Shown: one piece after another, positions 55,044-64,000 of the stretch
Layout: every line of letters starts with the position of its first letter
Numbering within the stretch: the stretch's first letter is position 1
Assembly: GCA_965243025.1 (NCBI GenBank)
Contig: CBDETY010000003.1
Span: 1,792,001 to 1,856,000, forward strand
DNA: 64,000 bases
DNA from: Candidatus Latescibacterota bacterium
GTDB taxonomy: Bacteria; Latescibacterota; UBA2968; UBA8231
Reading direction: 5' to 3'
Notes under the pieces: model-generated
Database searches by the model: none
Seen by the model: only the letters and a program-made list of their open reading frames with translations
What the model was told of the DNA's origin: nothing
Program-made: the position numbers and the translations under genes

Positions 55044-55078
55044 ACGCCGCGAAGGCCTCAAAACAGCCTCTCCCCGCC

Positions 55079-57382
55079 GTGAATCCGATCACCGACCTCA
55101 ACCCCGCGCAACGGGAAGCGGTTCAGTGCAGCGAGGGCCCCCTGCTCGTTCTTGCCGGGGCCGGCTCCGGAAAGACCAGGGTTCTTACCTGCCGCATCGC
55201 CCATCTCATCGACGCCGCCGGAGTTCCCCCCTGGAACATCCTCGCGGTGACCTTCACCAACAAGGCGGCCGGGGAGATGCGGGAGCGCATCGAGGAACTG
55301 GTCGGAAACGACGGCTCCGGCATCTGGACGGGCACCTTTCATTCGGTCTGTGCGCGCATCCTGCGCTACGAGTCGCAGGCGTTCGGACTCGAGTCCTCGT
55401 TCACCATCTACGACGAGGAGGACCGGCGCATCCTGGTCCGCAAAATCCTGGCGGACCTCGAAGTCGACGAACAGGAACTTTCCCCGCGCGCCGCAGCGGG
55501 CCGCATATCCCGCGCCAAGAACGGAATGGCGGACGCGGCCGCCTTCAGGGAACAGATCTCCTCTTCCAGCGCGCCCCAGAACCGCATCACCGCCGACGTG
55601 TTCGAGCGCTACGAGTCGGAACTGCGCCAGAACAACGCCTTCGATTTCGACGATCTCATCTGCGAGCCGGTGCGGCGGTTCCAGCAGCACCCGGAGGTGC
55701 TCGAAAAATACCGCAACCGGTTCCGCTACATCCTGATCGACGAGTACCAGGACACCAATCGACCGCAGTACCTGCTCGCCAGGCAGCTGGCCGCCGAGCA
55801 CCGGAACATCTGCTGCGTCGGCGACGACGATCAATCGATATACCAGTTCAGAGGCGCGGACATTCGCAACATCCTCGACTTCGAACGCGACTACCCGGAC
55901 GCCACCGTCGTCCGCCTCGAGCAGAACTACCGGTCGACCGGGCGCATTCTCGAAGCGGCCAACGCCGTCATCCGGCACAACCTCGACCGCAAGGGAAAGA
56001 ACCTCTGGACGCAAGCCGAGGAAGGGGACCCGCTCCGGGTCGGAGACTGCGGAGACGACCGCGCCGAAGCGCGTCACATCGTCGCTGCGATCTCCGCGAC
56101 CTGCCGGAAGGAAGGTCTGTCCCTGAGGGAAGCGGCGGTGCTGTACAGGACCAACGCCCAGTCACGGGCACTCGAAGAGGAGCTGCAGCGGGGAGGTGTT
56201 CCGTACGCAATTGTCGGCGGCATCCGCTTCTACGAACGCAGGGAAATAAAGGATCTCCTCGCCTATCTCAGGCTGCTGGCGAACCCGGCCGACGACGTCA
56301 GCCTGCTGCGGATCATCAACGTCCCCAAACGCGGAATCGGCGCCGCCACGATCCAGCGCCTGCGGGAGGTCGCCTTGCGGGGCGGGATGGGCCTTCTGCA
56401 GGCGGTGACAGATGGAAACGTCCCCGGACTGGGAACACGTGCGGCGACTTCCCTGGAGCGCTTTGCGGCCATTCTCCGCGGCCTGCGCCGGGACCGGGAG
56501 CGCCTCGAGCTGCCTGAGCTCGCCGAGCAGGTACTGGTGCGAACCGGGTATCTCGACGCCCTCCGCGACGACCCCTCGGTGGAAGCGAGGTCCCGGGAGG
56601 AGAACATCGGCCAGCTGCTGGCGAGGATCGCCGAGTTCCAGGAGTCCGGCCCGGCGGAACCGAGCGGTTCCGAAAGGCGCGGTCTCGAGGGTTTCCTCGA
56701 AGAAGTCGCCCTGATGTCGCCGGTCGACGAGACGGGGACCGAGGCGGATTCCGTCACCTTGATGACCCTGCACATGGCCAAGGGGCTCGAGTTCCCCCTG
56801 GTGTTCATCGCCGGCATGGAGGAAGGCCTCTTCCCGACGGCGCGGGCCATCGAGGAAAGCCGGAGTGGGGGGGGCGCGATCGAAGAAGAGCGCCGTCTGT
56901 TTTATGTCGGCATCACCCGGGCGCAGCGCTTCCTGGCGCTGACCTTCGCGCGCTGGCGCTACTCCTTCGGCTCTCTCAGCCCGACCGAGCCTTCCCGGTT
57001 TCTCGAGGAGGTTCCCCGGGAACTGGTCGAGGTGGAGGAGGTTTCTCACCGTGAAGGGATCGGTTTCACCGCCGCGCAGAGACGCGCCGACTCGGACCGA
57101 AGGCGCGGCTCCGGGCGGGCCCGACACCTCCCTTCCCCAAAGCCCAAGGCAGCCGTGAAAAAAGGCATCCACTACGAATTCGACGACGAACCGGGGTCAG
57201 CGGCCGGGGAGGCCGGCGACGACCTCCTTGCCGTAGGACGCTGGGTCAGGCACCCCGCCTTCGGCCGCGGCGAGATCGTCGACCGCGAGGGCAGCGGTGA
57301 GGATCTCAAGCTTTCGATCCGCTTCGGCTCCTCGAGACCGAAGAAGATTATGGTCGCCTACGCCCACCTTGAACCGGCCTGA
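55079..57382 (+). CDS. pcrA: ATP-dependent DNA helicase PcrA/UvrD
   Basis: AGAGSGKT, TFTNKAA, DEYQDTN, VGDDDQSIY, EQNYRS, TLHMAKGLEF, EERRLFYV, C-terminal Tudor-like HPAFG. Confidence 0.95.
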   Translation: MNPITDLNPAQREAVQCSEGPLLVLAGAGSGKTRVLTCRIAHLIDAAGVPPWNILAVTFTNKAAGEMRERIEELVGNDGSGIWTGTFHSVCARILRYESQAFGLESSFTIYDEEDRRILVRKILADLEVDEQELSPRAAAGRISRAKNGMADAAAFREQISSSSAPQNRITADVFERYESELRQNNAFDFDDLICEPVRRFQQHPEVLEKYRNRFRYILIDEYQDTNRPQYLLARQLAAEHRNICCVGDDDQSIYQFRGADIRNILDFERDYPDATVVRLEQNYRSTGRILEAANAVIRHNLDRKGKNLWTQAEEGDPLRVGDCGDDRAEARHIVAAISATCRKEGLSLREAAVLYRTNAQSRALEEELQRGGVPYAIVGGIRFYERREIKDLLAYLRLLANPADDVSLLRIINVPKRGIGAATIQRLREVALRGGMGLLQAVTDGNVPGLGTRAATSLERFAAILRGLRRDRERLELPELAEQVLVRTGYLDALRDDPSVEARSREENIGQLLARIAEFQESGPAEPSGSERRGLEGFLEEVALMSPVDETGTEADSVTLMTLHMAKGLEFPLVFIAGMEEGLFPTARAIEESRSGGGAIEEERRLFYVGITRAQRFLALTFARWRYSFGSLSPTEPSRFLEEVPRELVEVEEVSHREGIGFTAAQRRADSDRRRGSGRARHLPSPKPKAAVKKGIHYEFDDEPGSAAGEAGDDLLAVGRWVRHPAFGRGEIVDREGSGEDLKLSIRFGSSRPKKIMVAYAHLEPA

Positions 57383-57568
57383 GTCCCTGCGCCGATTTTC
57401 GCATTTCGACCGCCAGACCCTCTTGGAGGAAAGCCCGGTCCAATGCCAACCGTTTCATCCCGGAAGTCTGCCCTCAACCCTGTTCCGGCCTCCCCGCTTG
57501 CCCCCGGAAGCCCGTTTTTGCGACATTCGACCACCCCGCTTAGGTTTGCTAATTGGTTGTAAATCACA

Positions 57569-58930
57569 ATGTTGGAGCAACAGGCGCGCACTGTGGACCG
57601 CCCCCTTGACCAACCCTTGCGGGTTTCCTTCACGAACGTCGGCTGCAAGCTGAACCAGCACGAGCTGGAGACGCTGCAGAACGGATTCGACCGCCGCGGG
57701 CACGCCGTGGTCGGGGACGGGGAGGCGGACGTATGCGTGGTCAATACCTGCACGGTCACCGGATCGGGCGACGCCGATTCGCGCAAGGCGGTGCGCCGGG
57801 CCCGGCGCAGGAACCCGGGGGCAACGGTGGTGGCCACCGGCTGTTACGCCCAGCGGCGACCCGGCGACCTCTCCGCAGCCGGGGCTCACCTTGTGCTCGG
57901 CAACGACCGCAAGGCCGAGCTCCTGCAACTGGTGGAGAGCTACCTCGCCGGCGGCGAGGAGTTGCATCCCCCGGCACCTGACCGGGCCCCTGTCGGCCGT
58001 TTCCTCGAAATCGAAGGAGTCGTAGCCCGGGGCCGCACCCGCGGCACCCTGAAGATCCAGGACGGCTGCGACGAGCACTGCACCTACTGCATAATCCCGG
58101 CGGTGCGTGGAAAGGGGATCAGCAGGCCCGCCGCCGAGGTGGTGAGCCAGGCGCGGAAGATGGTGGAGGCCGGGTACTGCGAGCTCGCCCTCACCGGCGT
58201 TCACACCGGGAGTTACGGCGGCGACGGCGGCGGGACGAGCACCCTGGTTCCCCTGCTGAAGGAACTCGACGCTATCGACGGCCTCGAGCGTATCCGTCTC
58301 AACTCGGTGGAGCCGGCCTACGTCAGCGAGGCGCTTGTCGACCACGCCGCGACCTCGGCCAAGTTCTGCCGCCATTTCCACATCCCCCTGCAGAGCGGAG
58401 ACGATTCCGTCCTGCGCCGCATGGGGCGCCGCTACCGGCGCGGCGACTACGCGGCGACAATCGACCGCATTCACGAGGCTGTCCCGGATTGCGCCATAGG
58501 GGCCGACGTCATGGTCGGCTTCCCGGGGGAGGAGCGGGCCCACTTCGACAACACCTGCTCCCTCCTGCGCGACCTTCCGGTTTCCTATCTGCACGTTTTC
58601 CCGTACTCCCTGCGCACCGAAACCCCCGCGGAGCGGCTTTCGGGACACCTGAGCCGCGGCGAAAAGTCCGAACGGGCCAAAGAGCTGATCGAACTCGGGA
58701 ACGAGAAACGGATGCGGTTCCACCTGAATTTCCTCGGCCGAAGGGTCCATCCCCTGGTCGAGGACCGCCGGGACCGCGCCAGCGGTCTGCCGGTCGGTCT
58801 GACCGACAACTACCTCAAGGTCGCCATCGACTCCGGCCGCGACCTCCCCCCCGGAAGCATCGTCGCCGCAAACGTCACCCGGGCCCGCGAAGACATGGTG
58901 TACGGGACGGCCGCCGGGGCAGGGACATGA
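57569..58930 (+). CDS. mtaB: tRNA t6A37 methylthiotransferase MtaB
   Basis: GCKLNQHE, NTCTVT, TGCYAQ, KIQDGCDEHCTYC, HVFPYS. Confidence 0.9.
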   Translation: MLEQQARTVDRPLDQPLRVSFTNVGCKLNQHELETLQNGFDRRGHAVVGDGEADVCVVNTCTVTGSGDADSRKAVRRARRRNPGATVVATGCYAQRRPGDLSAAGAHLVLGNDRKAELLQLVESYLAGGEELHPPAPDRAPVGRFLEIEGVVARGRTRGTLKIQDGCDEHCTYCIIPAVRGKGISRPAAEVVSQARKMVEAGYCELALTGVHTGSYGGDGGGTSTLVPLLKELDAIDGLERIRLNSVEPAYVSEALVDHAATSAKFCRHFHIPLQSGDDSVLRRMGRRYRRGDYAATIDRIHEAVPDCAIGADVMVGFPGEERAHFDNTCSLLRDLPVSYLHVFPYSLRTETPAERLSGHLSRGEKSERAKELIELGNEKRMRFHLNFLGRRVHPLVEDRRDRASGLPVGLTDNYLKVAIDSGRDLPPGSIVAANVTRAREDMVYGTAAGAGT

Positions 58931-60345
58931 GTGTTCCAACCGCCGCACCGGGACGCCTGATCTCTCCGCAGGAGATCCTCCGTGAGCCTGCCGGACGCGG
59001 GGCGGCGGTTCCGGCACCGGCCGCGGCGGGCCGCAGCGCCTACATCGAGACCTACGGGTGCCAGATGAACGTCGCCGATACCGAGCTGGTTGCGGCTATC
59101 CTCGGCGACGCCGGCTACCTGGTTTGCGAACGTCCCGAGCAGGCCGACGTAATCCTGATCAACACCTGCGCGGTGCGGGAGCACGCCGAGGAGCGGGTGA
59201 TCGGCAGGGCCTCCCAGCTCAGCGGCCTGCGGGCGCAGCGGCCGGGTTTGACCCTGGGAATCCTCGGATGCATGGCCCAACACCTGTCCAGGAGCCTTCC
59301 CCGGCGGGCCCCGTTCGTCGACCTGGTCGTCGGTCCGGATTCCTACCAGCGCCTTCCCGAGATACTCGCCCAGACCTCCGAGGAAACACTGCTCGACGTG
59401 CGTCTGAGCCGCAGCGAGAACTACGCCGGGCTCGACCCGACCCGGAACTCGGGAACCAACGCCTGGGTGACGATCATCCGCGGCTGCGACAAGTTCTGCA
59501 CCTTCTGCATCGTTCCCTACGTGCGCGGCAGGGAGCGCAGTCTCGAGGCCGCGGAGGTTCTGAGACAGGTGCGCCGCATCGCCGCCGAGGGGTTCCGGCA
59601 GGTCACCCTGCTGGGACAGACGGTCAACTCCTACCGGGACGAAACGGGTGTGGACTTCGCCACCCTGCTGCGCTCGGTATCGGCGGTCGACGGCATCGAC
59701 CGCGTCCGCTTCACCTCCCCCTACCCGGTCGATTTCGACGACGGCACGATCGAAGCGATGGCAACGGTTCCCGGAATCTGCCCCTCCCTGCACCTTCCGG
59801 TGCAGAGCGCCAGCGACCGCCTGCTCGGGCTGATGAAACGCGGGTACTCCATTTCACAGTACCGCGACCTCGTCGGCCGCCTGCGGGAAGCGATCCCCGG
59901 CCTCGCCCTGACCACGGATGTCATCGTCGGTTTCTGTTCCGAGACCGACGCCGAGTTCGAGCTGACCTGCGACCTGATGAAGGAGATCCGCTACGACTCG
60001 GCTTTCATGTTCAAGTACTCGGAGCGGCCGGGAACGGCGGCTCACCGCGGCATCCCCGACGATGTGCCGGAAGAGGTGAAGGGCGAAAGGCTGCAGGAGG
60101 TAATCCGGCTCCAGGAACGGATCTCGGGGGAGATCAACGAGGCCGCGGTCGGCCGCACCGTCGAGGTGCTGGTCGAGGGGCCGAGCAGGCGCAGTGGGAA
60201 ATCGGGGATTCCCAGCAACTACGGGCGCTCTCTCCAGGGCAAGACGGTGGTTTTTCCCGAAGCAGCCGATCCCAACTCCCTGGTAGAGGTGCGCGTCGAC
60301 CGGGTCACGTCCCACACCCTCTACGGAACCCGGATCGACACCTGA
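58927..60345 (+). CDS. miaB: tRNA i6A37 methylthiotransferase MiaB
   Basis: TYGCQMN, NTCAVRE, RGCDKFCTFCIVPY, LLGQTVNSY, FMFKYSERPGT, TRAM domain; ATGA overlap with mtaB. Confidence 0.93.
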   Translation: MSVPTAAPGRLISPQEILREPAGRGAAVPAPAAAGRSAYIETYGCQMNVADTELVAAILGDAGYLVCERPEQADVILINTCAVREHAEERVIGRASQLSGLRAQRPGLTLGILGCMAQHLSRSLPRRAPFVDLVVGPDSYQRLPEILAQTSEETLLDVRLSRSENYAGLDPTRNSGTNAWVTIIRGCDKFCTFCIVPYVRGRERSLEAAEVLRQVRRIAAEGFRQVTLLGQTVNSYRDETGVDFATLLRSVSAVDGIDRVRFTSPYPVDFDDGTIEAMATVPGICPSLHLPVQSASDRLLGLMKRGYSISQYRDLVGRLREAIPGLALTTDVIVGFCSETDAEFELTCDLMKEIRYDSAFMFKYSERPGTAAHRGIPDDVPEEVKGERLQEVIRLQERISGEINEAAVGRTVEVLVEGPSRRSGKSGIPSNYGRSLQGKTVVFPEAADPNSLVEVRVDRVTSHTLYGTRIDT

Positions 60346-60354
60346 GCCGAGGCC

Positions 60355-61227
60355 CTACGGGCCACCGGCGAGCTCATCGTTCCAGGGCCCGCCCTCCCCT
60401 TCGTCCCTCTCCTCGTCGCTGACAGGCAACAATTCCCACTCGGCGAACGCGCCGGGGGTGTGGCCGCGCCCACAGTACGACCGGTACTCGCAGTGACGGC
60501 ACTCCCGCTTGTCCCCGGTGCGCGGAAACCCTTCCGGATCCCCTTTCTCCGCGAGGGACGCGATCTCTGCGATCGCCCTTTGCAGACGGTCCTCTGCTTC
60601 GGCGTGCAGGGCCGCGGAGTAGCGGATCGGCTCCAGGGCGTCCGGGAATCCGGCGTGCCAGTACTGGAGTTCCAGCTCCCCGGGATCGACCGACCTTGAG
60701 CCCCCTCCGTCGACCAGGGTACCCCCCGCTTCGGCGAAGACGTAGCAGTATACGGCAGTCTGCCAGCTGCGCTGCAGGTCCGCCTGCCGCGGCCTGAGCC
60801 GGCCTGTCTTCCAGTCGATGATGCGCATGGTGGCGACGCTGCCGGGCGCCGGCAGCACGATGCGGTCGAACTTGGCGACTGCGTTGAACTCTCCTACCGC
60901 GGCGGAGAGCTCCACCTCGCTGATGACCCGCTCCCCATCCCCGGGACGCGGGGCGGACCGCAGGAAATTCTCCCACCAACCGGCGAGCACCGGGTCGCCG
61001 CTGGCAGCCACCGTGGCTTCGACATCGAGACCGAGGGCGGACTGCTGAACAAGCAGGTGAAACAACTGCCCTCGCCGGGTGGCCTCCTCCCACTGTTCCT
61101 CGGAGTCGGTGACAGGAGCCGGCCACTCCAGAGCGTCGACGTAACGCAGGAAAAATCGCCTCCGGCAGCGGTCGAACGCCTGCAGTCCGCTCTGGCTGAA
61201 GCGGAATTCCCCGCTGATGCCGGTCAC
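60355..61227 (-). CDS. PD-(D/E)XK nuclease with four-Cys (AddB/Cas4-like) signature
   Basis: FSQSGLQAFDRC, GQLFH, E...KFDR...IIDWKTG, Q...Y, CRHCEYRSYC; GTGA overlap with the helicase gene. Confidence 0.85.
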   Translation of the reverse strand: MTGISGEFRFSQSGLQAFDRCRRRFFLRYVDALEWPAPVTDSEEQWEEATRRGQLFHLLVQQSALGLDVEATVAASGDPVLAGWWENFLRSAPRPGDGERVISEVELSAAVGEFNAVAKFDRIVLPAPGSVATMRIIDWKTGRLRPRQADLQRSWQTAVYCYVFAEAGGTLVDGGGSRSVDPGELELQYWHAGFPDALEPIRYSAALHAEAEDRLQRAIAEIASLAEKGDPEGFPRTGDKRECRHCEYRSYCGRGHTPGAFAEWELLPVSDEERDEGEGGPWNDELAGGP

Positions 61228-63491
61228 TTCCTGCCCCTCCCTTCCGCCATGGACAGGCCATGGGAACGCATCACCTCGAACGCCGCGGCCCTGGAGGCGC
61301 TCCGTGTCCGTGTCGCCGTCGGTATGCGCCGGCTCCAACTGATGGAGAGGTAGCGTCTGGCCCGGGTGATGCCTACGTAGAGCAGTCGAAGACGTTCGGC
61401 GATAAGCTCGACGTGGCTGTCCCGGGTCGCCTCCGCCCCGGCGGCGGATCCTCCGATCCCTTTCCCGGGGCCGGAGAGCGCCCGTTCCAGCGCCGCGGCG
61501 GCCATCTCGGCCGGGTCGCCGCCCAGGAAATCGTAATCGCCGCGGAACCTTTCCTCGAGGCGGCTGTGAAAGAAATCGCCGTCAACCCCGACCAGATAGA
61601 CGAGGTCCCACTCCAGGCCCTTGGCGCGATGCATCGTCGTCAGGCTGACCCGCCCGGGAGCCGGCTCGAAGCCCCCGTCACCTTCGGCCAGCACTCCGCG
61701 GCCGCTGCTCAGCAGATCCGCGGCCAGCTCCGGCAGGCGCCATTCCGGGTGCTGGTCGCGGCGGCGGCGGAGGTGCGAGGCAAGCTGCTGCGCCCGGGCC
61801 GTGTCCTCCCCGTCGAGAATCCCCTGTGCGACCGTGAGAAGCAGTTGCTCGACCGGCAGGGAGGAAGCCCTGAGGGAGTGCCCCAGGAATCGGGCGAACC
61901 CCTCGATCACCTCCAGGTCCGCTTCCGGAACGGGACCTACCGGGGGAAGTGAATCGGTGAATGTCTCACCCGGCCGGGGAAACACCAGGGTTTCGGGCCG
62001 GTAGCAGCTGCGCAGCAGGCGCGACACGTTCTCGTCGTCCGCTCCGGTCTGCTTGTCCTCTCCGGAGACAGGCCGCAGGTACGGTGCCGCCGCGGCGCAG
62101 GCGCGCTGGAGGTGGCCGCGGTGGAGGGGAGAAGCGGTGTAGGACAGAACCCATCCGAGGGCATCCCCGATCGAGCGGGATGGTCTGCTCGTCTGCAGGC
62201 GTTCGTCGAACTCGACGCCGAGCCGGGTCAGGTTTTCGCCGACCTCGTACCCGAGGCGGTTCGTCGGCACCAGGATTCCGAGGGTCAGCCCCGGGTTTCT
62301 CGCGGCGAAGCCGGCGGCCTTGCCTGCGACGTCTGCCAGCTCCAGGTCGCGGCTTCCGTACTCGCGGAACAGAACCTCGCTTTCGGCGTCGGCCGGGTTC
62401 CGCTGAGGGTCCCCGGGATCGGTGGGCACAATGAGCTGACGGCGGAAACAGCGGTTCCGCACCTGTTCGACCGGGTGGCGGTCACAGGCCCAGTCGACCA
62501 GGTGGTTGGCGACGTCGATAATGCGCCGGGAGCAGCGCCCCGAAACCGCCATCTCCACCGCGGCGACATCCTCCGCTTCGAGGAATTCCCGCAGGCTGGA
62601 GGGATCGGAGGCCGTAAAGCTGCTCATGATCGCCTGGTTGGGATCCCCGACGCGGACCCAGTTGCCGTGCTTCCGCGAGATCAGCTCGAGGAGCTGCTCC
62701 TGCAGGGGCAGGCTGTCCTGGGCTTCGTCCTCGACGATGACGGGCCAGCGCTCAGCCAGCATGTCCCTGAGATCGGGATGCGTCTCAAGCACCTCGACAG
62801 CGAGGCGGACCATGTCGTTGAAATCGAGCCCACCCATGGTCTCGAGCTGCTGCTGATAATTCCGGTAAACGAAAATCCCGAGCCTGAGAAAGGACTCCAC
62901 CCGCCCCGACGATGCAAGGCCCGAGAGCCCGGCTTCGATTTCCGCAACGCTGCGGCGGCGGTTCTTGGCCTCGGAAACCACCCGGCGCGCAACCGAGGTG
63001 GCTATGTCCAGCCAGGTTCTCTCCCAATCTGCCGGTTCCCGGTCTGCCGGGGCGAGCCGCCGCCACTCCTCGCGGTGGGCGGCGTTCCATCTCCGCACCG
63101 CCCTTTCCAGCAGGTCGGACCCGGCGCGCTCGTCCACGACCTGGAAATCCGCGGTGGTCCCGGCCTGTCCCGGGTGCGATTTCAGGATCCCGTAGGAGAG
63201 GCTGTGGAGTGTGCGAACGTCGAAGGCCCTCCCGGACGGGGAGTGCCCGAGCTGTTCGCGGATGCGGACCGTCAGGGTGTCGGCCGCGGCGGTCTGGTAG
63301 GTCACAACGAGCACGCGGCCACCGGGGGGGACGAGTTGGGCGGTGGCGCCCCCCCGGTGATTCAACAGGTGTGCGGTCAGGGCGGCGACGGCAGCGGTCT
63401 TGCCGCTTCCAGGGACCGCGGACACGCCCATGCGCCCACCGGCGTACTCGAGGATCTCACGCTGGCCGGGACGGGGCCGGAAGCCGTTCAT
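61224..63491 (-). CDS. SF1 (UvrD/REP-like) ATP-dependent helicase
   Basis: AVPGSGKT, RTLHS, EDEAQDS, VGDPNQAI, TMHRAKGLEWD, RLLYVGITRA; ATG 63491 with GGAGG RBS. Confidence 0.9.
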   Translation of the reverse strand: MNGFRPRPGQREILEYAGGRMGVSAVPGSGKTAAVAALTAHLLNHRGGATAQLVPPGGRVLVVTYQTAAADTLTVRIREQLGHSPSGRAFDVRTLHSLSYGILKSHPGQAGTTADFQVVDERAGSDLLERAVRRWNAAHREEWRRLAPADREPADWERTWLDIATSVARRVVSEAKNRRRSVAEIEAGLSGLASSGRVESFLRLGIFVYRNYQQQLETMGGLDFNDMVRLAVEVLETHPDLRDMLAERWPVIVEDEAQDSLPLQEQLLELISRKHGNWVRVGDPNQAIMSSFTASDPSSLREFLEAEDVAAVEMAVSGRCSRRIIDVANHLVDWACDRHPVEQVRNRCFRRQLIVPTDPGDPQRNPADAESEVLFREYGSRDLELADVAGKAAGFAARNPGLTLGILVPTNRLGYEVGENLTRLGVEFDERLQTSRPSRSIGDALGWVLSYTASPLHRGHLQRACAAAAPYLRPVSGEDKQTGADDENVSRLLRSCYRPETLVFPRPGETFTDSLPPVGPVPEADLEVIEGFARFLGHSLRASSLPVEQLLLTVAQGILDGEDTARAQQLASHLRRRRDQHPEWRLPELAADLLSSGRGVLAEGDGGFEPAPGRVSLTTMHRAKGLEWDLVYLVGVDGDFFHSRLEERFRGDYDFLGGDPAEMAAAALERALSGPGKGIGGSAAGAEATRDSHVELIAERLRLLYVGITRARRYLSISWSRRIPTATRTRSASRAAAFEVMRSHGLSMAEGRGRK

Positions 63492-64000
63492 TCCTCCCCC
63501 GTCTTCACGGCCTCTCCGTCTTCTTCGGGGAGAGCAGCTTCCAGTGCACGCAGCAGGGGGCTGTCCTGAGGCCCGCCTCCCACCGCCTCGACCTCGCTCG
63601 CGCAGAGGTAAATCCCGTCCAGGCAGCGCCTGCAGAGTCCCCTGACGAGGCGTTGCAGCAGCTGGTTGCGGCGCCCGCGGTCCTCGGCCTCGGTCCAGCG
63701 AGCACCGCGCGTCCATGACCGGGAGAGCACGTGCGGGTTGGTCAGGGGCTGGTGGGGGGGCTCCCACCAGAAGATCGACCCGACGTCGAGCCAGAACTGG
63801 TACCGGGACACCTGCTCGTGCAGCAGGTAGGTGTACACCGGGGCCACCAGCATGACCTTCCCGGAGGAAACGATCTCCTCCACCCCGGTCTGGTACTCGG
63901 CCGAAACGATCCCTTCGGACAGCATGTCGAGGTAGCGCCTGCCCTCCGGTCTGTCGTCGAGCCCCATCGACGGAACGGCCTGCCGGAACCAGGTGGCGGA
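63488..64000 (-). CDS. C-terminal part of a conserved hypothetical protein (possible degenerate helicase partner), truncated by the window edge
   Basis: Frame open to 64000; APVYTYL, YQFWLDVGS, PLTNPHVLSRSW, GLCRRC; ATGA overlap with the helicase gene. Confidence 0.7.
   Translation of the reverse strand, partial: SATWFRQAVPSMGLDDRPEGRRYLDMLSEGIVSAEYQTGVEEIVSSGKVMLVAPVYTYLLHEQVSRYQFWLDVGSIFWWEPPHQPLTNPHVLSRSWTRGARWTEAEDRGRRNQLLQRLVRGLCRRCLDGIYLCASEVEAVGGGPQDSPLLRALEAALPEEDGEAVKTGEE

Noticed and set aside
57569-60345. Tandem methylthiotransferases as a novel system
   Set aside because: Both fit the known MtaB and MiaB tRNA-modification families.
60355-61227. Cas4 / CRISPR-Cas locus
   Set aside because: No repeat-spacer array or other cas genes; the nuclease is coupled to an SF1 helicase.

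Overview
A GC-rich, gene-dense bacterial chromosome segment from a diderm organism (TonB receptor, OmpA, Omp85 and Wzi-like genes). The gene mix (rny, CdaA, tandem mtaB-miaB, many orphan catabolic enzymes) suggests an uncultured FCB-group lineage such as Latescibacterota or Gemmatimonadota; this is inference only. I can support about 50 CDSs, two tRNAs (Asn-GTT, Thr-CGT), one decayed FGE-sulfatase pseudogene, and several sigma70-type promoters and intrinsic terminators. I see no CRISPR array, integrase, transposase, prophage or reverse transcriptase. Most content is housekeeping (dxr, rny, sod, iscU, eno, ssb, ftsA, mltG, pcrA/uvrD, mtaB, miaB). The best candidates for undescribed biology are: (1) a ~250-nt nested-stem intergenic element between sod and a KamA-family aminomutase, whose G-U pattern points to a + strand RNA; (2) a translationally coupled three-gene helicase-like / SF1 helicase / 4-Cys PD-(D/E)XK nuclease module at the right edge, resembling a split AddAB/AdnAB; (3) a Wzi-GT2-radical SAM/SPASM-GT2 envelope operon; (4) an orphan ftsA behind a promoter plus early terminator; (5) an AbfD/HpaB-fold flavoprotein lacking both families' signature residues, coupled to a FadN-like gene. 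All functional calls come from motif recognition by eye; no database searches or folding calculations were run.
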